A stretch of 63,194 nt of DNA, the filler included, from Welwitschia mirabilis (lineage: Eukaryota): NCBI GenBank assembly GCA_051453625.1. It is 4 parts of one record of this genome, joined end to end, with 100 filler letters (N's around TTAATTAATTAA, not from the genome) between each part and the next. Parts side by side here need not be neighbours in the genome. Positions count along the whole stretch, not along the records: positions 1 to 14,636 come from JBOZIK010000001.1; positions 14,737 to 39,730 come from JBOZIK010000001.1; 2 more parts are not named here. One strand, 5' to 3'. Numbering within the stretch: position 1 is the stretch's first letter; the number at the start of each line of letters is the position of its first letter. Below are positions 12,801 to 25,767 of this stretch, piece by piece. The notes beneath the pieces were generated by a model. That model was given only the letters and a program-made list of their open reading frames with translations, did not search any database and was not told the origin of the DNA. A program made the position numbers and the translations under genes.

Positions 12801-15560
12801 CTCTCTATCTTTTAAAGAGTAAATGTTAAAAACTTCTTGGATTTTTCCAAATCATCTAAAGTAAACTAGTTTGTATGACTTGATTGCCTTTGGTAATTTT
12901 TGAATCTTCAGTATAATTCTAATTATCTTGTGTACTTGATCAAACCACTATTGATTTTTTGCATTTTGCCTTTTGGAAATATGAGTAGTTATTACAAGTA
13001 AAGTTTCATGACTTACATTTTCATTTCAATTCTTTTGAATTTTATCTTGAAGCTCTTGTTTTGTTTTTCTTGTTATTTAAAAAAATGGGTTAGTCTTTTG
13101 GAACGTGTAATATGCTATGCCTTTATTAATTTCAGGAATTACAAGGGGTAATCGTAGGATTCAATTAGTTCTTCACATAATTTAAAACATGTAATTTTGT
13201 TAACATTCTCAAAATTGAAAATTAGAAAATTAATGTTGGAGTAGCCTTGAGGTCCTACAAAGTAGAAAATACCATATTATGGAAATTCACTTATACTATT
13301 CAACACAAGTAGGTTTTGGCCCTATCCCCATTTTAAAACATGTTTATCCTTGTTCAGCTATTTATCTCTAGAGGGTCTATCCCATTTTGCATTCTTCTCA
13401 TATTCTAAAGAGCCTTGAGGATTCTAACAACTATGAGGAATTTGTTCAAAACTAAGTCTATCATTAAACTCATCATGGATATAAATTTCTACTCTCTAAG
13501 CAAAAGTAGCAAGATCCATGCCAAGGGATTGGAAAGGAAAATCTTGTGATAGACCTTATCATTCACATACAATGGTTTCTCTTGGGATAAAGTAATAAAA
13601 AGATAAGAATAAAACTAACTTTTTCTACATTATTTTAGCCAAATGGATTGATTATATTCATCTATATTTTCTATTTGGATTTGCTAACCAAAACTCGAGA
13701 TGGTCACCCTCGATCTTCTTTTGTTTTGTAAGGAAAAGGAAAAAAGAAAAACTTGGAATAGAAATGTCTAGAAGGTCTTCAGCTTTCCAAATCTTTACAA
13801 CACTAAAAATGTCATATCTATCAAAAAATAAGATTTGATGAAGACTGATAAATTTATCCACTAGAGAGCTATCAATATTTAGAAGTCCATAGTGCAAAGG
13901 CTGAAATCTGTATTTAGTTAATTATTTAATGATTGCAATATATTTTATTTTGAAGTATGTAACTTTTTTGTCTCTTTATTTTTAACCTCTTTCCATCCCT
14001 CTATTTCCTTTGCCAATTTCTTTCATGGGGAATCTTAATTTAGTTAGTTTTTCTCCTTTAAGATTGTTTTGATTGTCCTAAATATTCTCTCTATCTTTGG
14101 TATCCTTGAATCTGATAATAATATGATGGGACTTGTCTCCCTTATGGCATGGCCTATATACTTCGAGGATGGACTATTTTATGACATGCAATATTTTCTT
14201 TTAGGAGCTTTGGAATCTTCTTACTAAGGTTTTCATTTTCTCTTTTTGGAACTTAACTAATCGGAGATTCAATGCGTTTTCACCTTTCTATTTTGCTTCT
14301 TTTGAGGTTTCCAAGGCCATAAGACTAACATTTGAAACATCATCTTCAACATCTTTGCTCTTCTTTTGTAGCTTTTAAGTCTTAGATGAGATTCCAATCT
14401 TTTGTCTCCAAGTTTGTAATCTTTTGTGAAATATTATTGTTATGATTTTCATATGATTTAGTGGGCTGATTTTCCATTTGATTTAATAGGATGATTTTCC
14501 ATATGATTTAGTAGAAATTTCATTTGTGCAATGAAACATTCTACCACAGTTTCTAGATGCTTTACTTTTATTGTCATCATTTTTCATTTAACTTTTAAGT
14601 GAAAGAATTTCCATTGTTTGAGCTTGTTTATTGCTCNNNNNNNNNNNNNNNNNNNNNNNNNNNNNNNNNNNNNNNNNNNNTTAATTAATTAANNNNNNNN
14701 NNNNNNNNNNNNNNNNNNNNNNNNNNNNNNNNNNNNGAGCTTGTTTATTGCTCGCATCAAATTTAGAGTCTTCTATCTCTAAAGAAATCTCTTCTTTTGT
14801 TGTCTTTTTATTTTTTTAGGCACTAGTCTATAGCGTTTACATAACGAATTATTGAAACTCTATCTTTAATGATTCTAAATAAAAATTCTAACTGCAATAA
14901 AGGAAAAATATACAATTGTAAACTTAAAAGCTTATAAACCTCCCAGACCCGTGGAAGAAAAATACAAACCTAACAAGATGTGTGCACAAAAACATTTTCC
15001 CTATCATCATTCTGCTTCAAGCGGATTAACTAGGAAAGAGTCAAGAAACATACAACCAGAGCCCAATATAAAGAGATTTTGCTAACTAAAAAGGGCAGCA
15101 AGTAAATTATATAGGTTAGAACATCACTCGCCCGGTCATGAAGGAAGGCCCTACCAGCGATCCGTTCCCCATAAGCTACAAAGTACGAGGTGGTGAAATT
15201 AATGGTAGAGATCCCATGGTAGTGTGTATGCACCTCCCATACACACAAAATCGTCTAATCGATTGACTATAAAGTAACAAAAATCCTCATTAGAACGAAA
15301 AAGCTTGGGAGAAACACAATCACCTTAACTCATTCCAAAAACTAGCTTGATGCTCTCTTCAAAAATCTAGATTGTGCCATGACAAGGATGGAAAATGGTA
15401 GCTGTGCGAGGATCAAAAGAAGAATGTAGAGAATAAAGAATGAAAAGAATTATGGGATGACAGAGACGGAAGGAAGGAAAACCACAGAGATCTAGAAGAT
15501 TGGAGGAGAAAAGCTAGGAGAATCCTTGCTTTGCAGCCTATTATTGTATTTCCAGTTCAG
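9900..15560 (-). mobile_element. Old, degraded L1-type LINE (ORF1 region, endonuclease, RT, probable RNaseH); boundaries approximate
   Basis: Minus-strand motif remnants in L1 order: EFWLAN (endonuclease FTW.N-like, ~13690), RTIGMGCNV (RPI.LCNV-like, ~12590), FAK(A)YS (AKAYD-like, ~12430), PCKSLGL (PxKYLGL, ~11750), WNKSLICLGGR (WKxxLSxGGR, ~11670), VLEGS (~10225). Confidence 0.6.
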
Positions 15561-15593
15561 CAGACCTGACATTGGTAGAATTCTAAGAAATAG

Positions 15594-15634
15594 CGGGTTT
15601 AGGGTTTAGGTTTCTTAGGGTTTAGGGTTTAGGG
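15594..15634. repeat. Interstitial TTTAGGG telomere-like (telo-box) cluster
   Basis: GGGTTTAGGGTTTAGGTTTCTTAGGGTTTAGGGTTTAGGG. Confidence 0.85.
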
Positions 15635-16054
15635 CCAAAGTCTTTGAGCCATACCTTTACAGAGAAGATGTGCATCCATGAATATTGGAGGAGACCTGAT
15701 ATTTATAAGCAAAGGCCAGTTGTTAAAAGACCTGCACAAAATACATATAGGAAAAAAAACACCAAATAAAACAAAGAGAATTAAAAAAAGGAATGATAAT
15801 GGAAGTGCCACACGGAAGGATAGAAGAAGGAAAAAAGAAAAAAAAGAGAGCTATTGAATTGACTATGGATCACGTGGAAAACGAGGTAAAAATGAGGGAT
15901 CCATAAGGGTATTTATAGTAGTGGACCAAGGCTAACCTAACTCTGGGAGTAAAAGTCAACTACAGTTAACTAATCCATAGTTAAGTGTAATTAAATCAAG
16001 TTAACTACGGAGGAGTTAAGGTTAAAATTGTAGTTAGACATCCAATCAGGAAGA

Positions 16055-16775
16055 AGTCAACGTCGCACTCCGAAGGCCGACGTCGCACTTTAAAAACCTA
16101 ATGTCGCACTTGGCCTAAAAGGTTCGATGTTGTACTACGAAGATTTTTGAAGGCTGATGTCACACTCTAAAGCCCAACCTCACACTAGTAAGGTCAACGT
16201 CGTAGTCCAAAGGCGGACATCATACTCGAAGCTCGACATCGCACTTGGACGCCTAACCTCGCAGTTGCCTCTCTAAGGCCCCAACACTGTCGCCGCTTCT
16301 TGGAAATCATCTGTTCCACTGGCCTGTGCAAAAAGCTCCGACGTCACACTCTGATGTCCGATATCGCACTTGGATGTTCGACATCACAATTAGGCAACAG
16401 ACGTGTCCCACACATTCAACAAGCTTCAACGTCGCAATAAAAGACTCGACATTGTACTTCGGTGTCCGACGTTGCACTTGGGTGCCCGACGTCGCACTTA
16501 CATGCGTGACATCGCATTTGGGTGTCCTATGTTGCACTCAGGCACTAGACACGTCCCTCATTCACGACACTACTCGCGATATCCCAGAATCCCTTCGAAA
16601 GCCTCCGATGTTGCACTTAGTACCTGACGTTACACTTGGATGCCTGATGTCACACTTAGGTACCCGATGTCACACTTAGTGCCTGACGTCGTACTTAGTG
16701 CCCTACGTCACACTCAAGTGCCCGATGTCATACTTGAGTGTTTGACATCGCACCTAGGTGTCCCACATCACATAA
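16055..16775. repeat. Degenerate tandem array, ~20-bp unit CCGACGTCGCACTTGGGTG(T/C)
   Basis: GAC cores at 16448, 16468, 16488, 16508 and similar; variants are mostly CpG transitions. Confidence 0.9.
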
Positions 16776-16859
16776 ACCCCTTAGTAGTTGGGATCCATGT
16801 TAGCAAGGTTGTTATAACAACTGTTAAACTGCCCCTTCTAACTATTTTTCTAACTACCA

Positions 16860-19800
16860 TGCTGTTACAAGTACCTAACTACTGCAGCAATGCCATAAAA
16901 AGGGATGTAGCACCACCAGAAAGGGGGGATTGGCAGGAAAAGGACTTGCAAAACAACAAAGAAGAGGCGTATGAGTTAAGAAGGACGTTGAACCAACTGG
17001 TGCATCATGGAAAACAGAGGCCAACCTCTAATCCTTCCTATTAAATAGAGCTAATCGCTCTAACCGCGAGCAACACGAAGGAGAGGAGATTGTGAAAATG
17101 ATACATCTGAAGACCTATAAAGGCAAAGCCGGAACAAATGAAGAAGCTATATCCTGGATCCGGCAATTAAAGAACTACTTCGAGCTTCAAAATTTTCCTC
17201 CAGAAAGACAGTGCATATACGCTGTTGTCTTTCTTGTAAGAAATGCACAAGAATGGTGGTCTAGATGCCAATAAAAACATCCTCAAAAAATAGCATGGAA
17301 TACCTTCATAGAAGATTTCCAAAGGAAATTCATCCTGGAAGATTTCATTAAAGTTCAAATGGTGGAGTTCCAATGCCTCCGCTTGAGAAAGCGCCCACTG
17401 GATAAACATTGGTTTGAATTCCATTGCCTCATGCAGTACCAGAAGAACTTTACTAAGAAGTAGTTAATTAACAGTTTCATTGGGACCTTACTGCCCAAAC
17501 TTAGAAGCATCTTACACACCTTAGAGATCAAATACACTGAAGATGCTTACTGCAAGACAAGACATTATCTCCAACAATAAGAGAATTGATGGTCAAAGCA
17601 ACATTACCTTCAAGTGGACAAACAACCTACATTGCCATGAATGCCACCGACACGGAAGCCATACAGAACAAATCTTAGTTGCCATAAATGCTACAAGAAA
17701 GGCCACATTACCAGGAACTGCCCACCCAAAGCACGACCACCAAATCTTCCTCAGCAAAATCGGCCTCAAGATTTCAGAATCCACCTGTACAACGAAAAAG
17801 AGTATAAACTACCATTCAAACATGTGCGATTCACAATCAGTACTCCATCTTAAAATTATATGGTCATATTTCATCTTTTTCTGTGTTGTTCCTAGTTGAT
17901 AGCAGAATGACACACAATTTCATTTCACCCACATTATTTTACAAACTAATCACCCCATTCAAAGAACAAGAATCCATCATAGGAGTTGCAAGGGATAGTT
18001 TCTCACATAAGACGGGACTACTACGCTTATCAATTATAACATTCATGACTCACATTTTAAGGTTCCAACTTGGGGAGTATCATGCCATTCTAGGGATTCC
18101 CTTCTTAATCTCGGACCCTACCTGCCTAACTAGAGCGGGTAGCTTATGCATTCCACTTGTCGAATCAGGTCAGATATAATGTTCAAATCAATTTTCGCCA
18201 ATGAACCCTATTACTGTTAACTTCGTTTAGAGAGCGAATTTTTAAAGGGGAGAGGAGGAGTAAGAAGATATCCTTGATCTCATCCAAATAGATCTCAAGA
18301 GCTATCAAAAGGAAACAAGTCTTCATTGCCCTAGTGCAGGCAGAAAACCATAAAGAAAACCCCACTATACTAGAAGAACTGTAGGAATTCTCTGATATGT
18401 TTGAAGACTCAAAAGTACTCCCACCCAAGAGGAAAGTACAACACACAATCGACTTAATTCCTGGAGCATAGCCAATATCACAAACACCTTATCTTTTCTC
18501 AGTAGTAGAATCAAGAGAACTGAAGCTACAAATTGAGCACCTATTGTTAGAAGGGAAAATTTGCCCTAGTGTGTTACTATGGGAAGCACCAGTACTCTTC
18601 GTTAAGAAAAAAAATAGTACCTTACAACTTTGCATTGATTATAAGTAGCTAAACAAGGTAACCATTAAGAATAGGTACCCGTTACCAAGAATCAACGATT
18701 TATTGGATCAACTTCAAGGAGCTAAATTTTTCTCAAAGATCAACTTAAATTTTGGATACCATCAAATCCGCCTCAAGGACAAAGACATCTGCAAGACTGT
18801 ATTTAGAACAAGATACGAACATTACAAGTTTGTAATAATGCCTTTCGGTTTAACAAATGCTCCAACTACTTTTATAGTTTAATGAATGATATTTTTCGAT
18901 CATATTTGAATAAATTCGCAGTTGTATTTTTAGATGATATTCTAACATATTCTAGAAATCAAGATGACCATATTACACACTTGAAAAAAGTTTTATAGNN
19001 NNNNNNNNNNNNNNNNNNNNNNNNNNNNNNNNNNNNNNNNNNNNNNNNNNNNNNNNNNNNNNNNNNNNNNNNNNNNNNNNNNNNNNNNNNNNNNNNNNAT
19101 GACCATATTACACACTTAAAGAAGGTTCTACAAGTTCTGTCCAAGCATAATTTCGAAGCCAAATTAAGCAAGTGTGAGTTCTTTTAGATAGAAATTAGCT
19201 ATCTAGGCCATGTCATCTCTAGTAAAGGAATCACAAGTTCGACGTTTCTTAGGGTTGCCCAACTTTTATCGAAAATTTGTTCTAGGATTCTCTCAACTTG
19301 TAACACCATTGACAGATCTAACCAAGTCAACAGTCATATTCAACTTTAATGACAAATGCATAGAAGCATTTCTCAGATTGAAGCTGCTACTTACAACAAC
19401 ACCTATTCTCAAAGTCGCAAACATAAATAAACCCTTTATAGTCACCACGGATGATTTTACTCAAGGAATAGGAGCCGTTCTCAACCAGGATGATTAGGTG
19501 ATCACTTATGAATTATGGAAGTTGAACCAACATGAGAAGAACTATCTCGTTCATGATTTCGAATTACTAGCCATAGTACATGCCTTGAAAGTTTGGAGAT
19601 ATTATCTTGTGGAAAGCGAATTCCTTCTCAAAACAGATCATAAAAGCTTGGAATATTTTCAGGAATAACCCCTTTTGAATATGTAACATACTCTCATAGA
19701 ATGGATACCTCCTGAAAGGACGACGCCTGTGGATTCCACAAGTCCCATAGAGAAGGAAGCTGATGTCCGAACTACACGAAGTTCCATATGTAGGACACCC

Positions 19801-21578
19801 CGGATTCGTTAGGAATTACCACCAATTGCGAAAACACTACTTTTAGCCCAGAATGAAAGTAGACTAAGGAATACATCTGCAATTACTCCATATGCCAACT
19901 ATGAAGATTGATCAGGGAAGATCTACCGGTCTCCTTCAATCTCTGGGAGTACCACAGTGGAAATGGGAAGAAATCTCCATGGAATTCATCACTGGACTAC
20001 CCCTCACTAATAGATAGCATGATGCAATTTTCGTTTATGTAGATAAGTTTACCAAGATGGCTCATTTCATTGCAGTTCGAAGCTCTAATACAACCAAAAA
20101 ATTAGCCCTCAAGTTCATACAGAAAGTTTTCAAATTACATGGTGCACCACAAGTCATAGTATTCGACTGAGATCCGAAGTTCTTATCTGAGTTCTGACAA
20201 AGTTTCTTCCATCACTTATGCACTAAACTCAGCTTCAGCACTGCATACCACTCAGAAATAGATGGCCAAACCAAAAGAGTGAATCGTATACTGGAAGATA
20301 CTCTAAGGTGTTATGTGGCAGGAAAGCCCAAACAATGGGAAAACTATCTACATTTGACAGAGTTTGCTTATAATTAGACATTTCAAACTTCCATTCAATG
20401 TTCATCATTCGAAGCAATGTATGGCAGAAACGGTTCCACCCTTATTACATGGTTAGATACTTCACAGAGATTGGAAAAGACGACACCCTCAGAATTCAAG
20501 TTGATGGAAGATATAATCAATAAAATAAAAAGACAGCTACAAGCGACACAAGATCGATACAAGAAGTATTATGATCAGAAACATCAGACCTGCGCATTCT
20601 TAGTCGGCGAATAGGTATTGCTAAGAATCAAGCCAGAAAGGAACTTCTTGAAAATGGTTAACATCATGGTTCGATGGTCCATTCAAGATCATTGAAAGAA
20701 TAGGGGATCTAGCATATAAACTAAAACTCCTTCCACAGATGTCTCAAATACATCCAGTTTTTCATGTAAGCACAATGAAACCATACCACAAAGATAGAAA
20801 CTAGGACTACACCTAGAACTGAGAACATATTATACTCAAACCCAACCTGACTTTTGCTAACCAACCAAAAAAGTCCTAAACACCAAAACTAAGCAATTAA
20901 AGAATAAAGCTATAAATGAAGTACTTATCCAATGGACCCACTATAACCAACAAACATGGAAAAATAGGAAGTACATGCCAGAGACTTTAAATAAAGCCTG
21001 ATATATCAGTTTGTTTTACATTATCGATGTATCTGTTAATAAATGATATCTCCCCTTCCAATATGTTTTGTAGATCATACAGAAAATAATCCGAAAGAGC
21101 ATAGCTTTAGAAACAATGCAAAAAGATGAGAGACCATACTCGAGGACGAACACGATTCCTAAGGGGAAGGGAATGTAATGTTCTCAATTAACTATTTGAG
21201 TAATAAGTGTGTTAAATGCTAAATGAATGTAATTAACAGAGATATGAATGGATGCAACCTAAGTATGAAAAGATGTATCCCATCATTATGCTATATAAGC
21301 CTATGGCGTTAGGTTGAGGTTGATAGACTGGGTGGATGTAATCGACGATAACCTTGGCTGATCCCCAAGAGTTCTAGGAGGGGGACTCAGGTCGTAGTCC
21401 ACGTCTTTATTTTTGACCACTAGTCAAAGGCTGTTGGCTAATGATGAGGAATGTAAGCCATTGTTTCTAATAATAAAGTTTACATTATTTCTAAATTATT
21501 CCTATTGATCCTGGCATGTTATTTTATATGTTCCTTTTCATACGAAGTAATCCACAATTAGTAAAATGAGACGTTACA
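16860..21578 (+). mobile_element. Chromovirus Ty3/gypsy (Tekay/Reina-like), decayed; 5' LTR not found
   Basis: gag with zinc knuckle CHKCYKKGHITRNC (~17680-17721), PR LVDSRMTHNFI, RT ([41 protein letters not shown]), RNaseH (FIVTTD..GIGAVLNQ), integrase ([28 protein letters not shown]), chromodomain-like EVLIQW, PPT AAGGGGAAGGGAA. Confidence 0.92.
21174..21578 (+). repeat. 3' LTR of the chromovirus (405 bp)
   Basis: TGTAATGTTCTCA...TGAGACGTTACA inverted termini directly after the PPT; TATATAAG near 21292; AATAAA near 21472. Confidence 0.88.
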
Positions 21579-21599
21579 CTCCCAGTTGCTTCCTCAACA

Positions 21600-22325
21600 C
21601 TTGTTACTTATATCATGTTATTCAAGTAATGAAAAGACTCCCTTTGACAAAGACAAGATCCTTACTTAAATAGATTTGCAAATTAAGTTCGAAGGTTAAG
21701 CAGGTTGGTTATGAAACTACTACTATCACTACCTATGTGATTGGGTGATTGCAAGTAGGCACACTTTCATAGAAACTAGAAGAAGACATCATTTACACAT
21801 TGATAGACAATGCTAGATAGATAGTGTTTCATAAACATAAAACAAGGCATTACTAGGAACTATTGCTAGGCAATTCTATGTAGTAATGAATTAAGTAGAA
21901 ATGTAGTCTCACTAGATTATCGTTGAATGATGATTTATGGTGACGCTTTCAAAAGAAGATGTCGTTTGATGTTATTACTAGGCATTGATCTTGCATGTGA
22001 GATTGTTGTTGGATTAATCAGTTGGAAATAATTCTACATGCAACTTTGATCATGTCTAATCCTTTCATACAGATCCTAAGAAATCATGTAACCTTATTCA
22101 CAGTTAATTTTCCATTTTTAGTACCCTTCATAGGTCTCATTTTGAGTGTTTATTTGTTACGCAGGGAATTGCATAATTTAAGTATTCCAACTTAACAATG
22201 TATCCATCCACAAGTATGATATTGAAAATCCTAATAACTATTTTGATAAAAATGTGGTGATAAAAGTTGTAAAAATAATCAAGGAATGTGAAAATTATCT
22301 ATGATTAGATTAAGTGGGAGAAGTA
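21600..22325 (+). mobile_element. Very decayed copia RT/RNaseH remnant with possible PPT
   Basis: Weak remnants (DDL; GIDLAC..VVGLIS, resembling RPDIAYAVGLISRF) and AAGTGGGAGAA at ~22312. Confidence 0.35.
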
Positions 22326-22769
22326 AAGCATGAAAAACCTAAAAAGGTGAGTAACAGATGTGATCCATCCAATGTACAATAATATGTGAATGGACAAGGG
22401 AAATAATCAAGTTGCACTATCATGCCAATAATGTGGACAACATAAGATGATATTGTTAGGAAACAAGAATGCCAAAAAATGGAAAGGCATAAGATTTCCA
22501 AATCAAAATTTTATTTCTCCTCTCTTTTTATTTGACACAAAGCTTACTTAAATAGCTAAGCCAACCACTAGGCTTTTCACGTATCCCTAGACATAGGACC
22601 ACAGTGTATACTCGTCTTAGCAATTCCCCCCTTAACATAGGAATATGCCCTCTTCCAAGGGAAAACCAAAGTGCCTAGGGAAAAACCTTGGGAATGCGGC
22701 CTACAACAAAACCTTTAGAAAGAAGTTGCTATGTCAGGAAACAACTTCGTAAAAGAAGCAATCAATTTA

Positions 22770-22897
22770 CTACGACACATCCCGTAGTAGATAGGCTTAT
22801 TCATATGCATTACACATCCCATAATGCTAGGCCAAGATGTGTACTACACAACCCGTAATACAAGGTCATATTTGCACTACACATCCCGTAGTACTAA
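22770..22897. repeat. Four imperfect ~34-37-bp tandem units with core ACTACACATCCCGTAGTA
   Basis: Read directly; probably part of a TE-derived LTR or UTR (22560-22990). Confidence 0.8.
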
Positions 22898-24191
22898 GAT
22901 TAAATGTGATTTCAATTAAAGATCCAAAAGGTCAAATAAAGCCCACGATGTATAAAGCAAAATAAGTATAACAAAAAAAAAAAAAAGGAATATCATGTTT
23001 TATACTATCAATAGCAAATTTAAAATACTTATAACTCAAGCTTTTCACATTTGTATTAGGTTGATTCCATTTTATGCTTAGAAACAATAACAATTTCATG
23101 TATTTAAAATGTTAACATAGAATATCTATTTTTGATTATAGATTTTTTCTGAAAGGAAGTTTAAGCTAATAAAACATATTTCCGAAAAGCTTATTATTTA
23201 CTAATTAAATAAAATTTTCATAGAATCAAATTGTCAAGAAGTATGTCTGCTAGATTATCAAAATTTGATATCTCACATGATATAATAGTATTTTCAAATT
23301 CCTATCTTGTAGATTACATCTAATTAGGCATAATAGAGTTTAAGAATTTTCTGCTTGGTAAAGTCTGAACTATGAACACCAAAACATTTTTCTCTCGAAA
23401 TCATCAATAGCATCTTTTGCAAATGACTTAAAAGTATCAAAACAATTTCCTACTGCCATAGCACGAGCAATCTTTCGATGTAAAATCAAAGTAAGAATAA
23501 AAGTCCATAATGCACACAAGTAACAAGAAAGCATTAAGAGCTTATCATCTCAAACGCTCTTCCCATAATTTTGCTTAGGTCTTTTTATTTATATGCTGTT
23601 GTTAACTTATGTAATCACCCAATGCTATATTACAAGTAATTTTATGTATGACATGTTAAGCATGATAGACTAAAATATTTCCACTTATCAATTCTTCTAC
23701 AAAACTACTAGTGAGGCTAAATGTTTTCTTAGAAAAAAAGTCATTTGTGATGTAAAAATCTTCAAGTAAATCATAAATGCTTAGGATTTAAGTGTAAGAA
23801 TAGTAACAAGAGGGGTTCTTGCATTCCATACCATCTCTTATAAGAGCTAATACTTTGCTTATTAGCAAGTTCACTATCCACCTATTGAGTTGAGTATATT
23901 AGCTTTTGTCAAATGAAAATCAAACTATAGAGTATTTGCAACTTAGTAGAAAATTTATGGAAGCAAAAATGAGATCGAAAAATGGTTATGCAAATTTTTC
24001 TAGTTTGCAATTCATTTTGCCCAATCATATCATGCTCTCAACATAATGTCATATATGACAATTGGAAAAATTTCATTAGCATGTTAATGCAAATATGTTT
24101 TACTTTATTAATTTTTATCCTTGGTAGAATTATCATTTTACTTATCTCATTTATATATAATGAAAAAATTTATATTATAACTCATTTTTAT

Positions 24192-24292
24192 TCAAACAAC
24201 ATAATTAACTAATTCGCCTATTCCTTCAATGTACATCTGAATAGTATCTCCTGGTAGTAGATGTTTCGGTGGATTGAAGCCTGAACCAACAC
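24192..24292 (-). CDS. Terminal coding exon of a fumarylacetoacetate (FAA) hydrolase family protein, FAHD2/YisK-like C-terminus
   Basis: T-rich intron end ...TTTGTATTGTAAATAG| (AG at 24294-24293), phase 1. Translates without interruption as (G)VGSGFNPPKHLLPGDTIQMYIEGIGELVNYVV*, with TGA at 24194-24192. Fits the family C-terminal pattern [TGTPx]GVGxxxxPPxxLxPGDxxxxxIEGIGxLxNxV. Confidence 0.85.
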
Positions 24293-25767
24293 CTATTTAC
24301 AATACAAATGAAAAAAATGTATGTTAGGATCTTGAAACAATTAACAAGTGCAAATTATTGAAAACATTGAGTCAAATTCTTGTGTTTTGTGGAAAGAACT
24401 TTTAAGTTCATGTATTTAAGTATGTAAGTTCAACAAAGAAATGCATTGATCATATTCTTGTATCCTAAGAAGGATTTTAAAAATGGAGATCATAGTTCAA
24501 GATACTTTTCAAATGAAAACTTAAAATGTGTCATTAACCTACCAACAAATATTAACATATGTAAGTGTAAAACTATTTATACTAAACATTCACAAGGATT
24601 GTATCATACATATGATGTGTGTTAGGTAGACTTACAAATATGTAAAACATATGTTAGTGACTTAATCACTTATTAGAAGTGCACATGTTTATTAACTTAT
24701 TTCAAAGAGCTAAAAATTAGATTCTTAGCATGATATTGGTAGAAGTGAAGTGAAAGGGGATAGGACACTTGGTAACATGCAACATGATTGAGTATTGACT
24801 ACAAAATGCCAAGATAACATTAACCAAAGCTTTATGTTAAGACTCATTTGTGATATTATCATACAAATTTTCTATAGAAGTTAATGTTTGGGAATTGTCT
24901 TAATACCTTAATGAATCATATCATTATAAAAATAAGTATGGAAATTGCATATAGAAAGAATGTCATTCACATGAGATAGGAATTATATCAAATTCATAGA
25001 TCAACATTGAGGTTGATCATGAACTTTAATTACTATATAGCATCCAAATGTAATTTTCATATAGGAACTATTCTTTAGTTTGGTATTATTTTTACATGGT
25101 TACTCATGGCTCACATCATTTAAAGTAAGGAAGGACTTCATAACGTAATTACCAAATTCAATAAGTATAAATTCCATAATAACTTCTAATCAATATGTGT
25201 TACTAGGTTTATGAATTCTTCAAAGGAAAATATCTCTAAAAGATAAAATAGTACTTATCATAGTAACAATTAAGTTATTGTTGTTATATAAATTAAGTTC
25301 AAATCGCAAAATCATTAATATTAAATGATAATAAAATATAGTTATATGATAAATAACAAAAAGGATCATATTTGTGATATAAATAGTTGTATCATTTTCA
25401 TAAACAATATAAATAAAATTAAGAAAATGTATAAAATGGTATGAGAATGAATTGTGTGTCTCACGATTGTAGGAAATCTACTATTTAATTTAAAAAAGGT
25501 TTATGGCATGGATATAATTCATGAAACAAGTCTCATAACAAATTCTCTCATCATTTTCCCTTTATTTTGAAAGAAAAGTGGGTTGAAAATTATATTACTT
25601 CAACAAAATTAAGTTGTAAAAGGTGTTGGGGGAGGAACTCCATCGAGCTATCAACATAATAAATTTTCCTTTTCAAGACAACCACATCGAAAGAAAATAA
25701 CATTGAATATAAGATTAAAAACAAAGTTTCTAATTTTTGCTCCAAAATTCATTGTCCAAAACTGCCC

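Noticed and set aside
14681-14692. TTAATTAATTAA palindrome inside N runs (also 39775-39786 and 50011-50022)
   Set aside because: Identical all-frame stop linker embedded in gaps; an assembly artefact.
16055-16775. CRISPR-like appearance of repeat arrays (also 22770-22897, 39446-39720, 49735-49960)
   Set aside because: Eukaryotic TE context, degenerate repeats, spacers related to each other, no cas genes.
16307-17044. Overlapping ORFs across the 20-bp array
   Set aside because: By-products of a stop-poor tandem repeat.
23370-23535. 54-codon minus-strand ORF (MLSCYLCALW..FWCS) downstream of the FAA-hydrolase stop
   Set aside because: Short, no recognisable family; probably UTR or intergenic.
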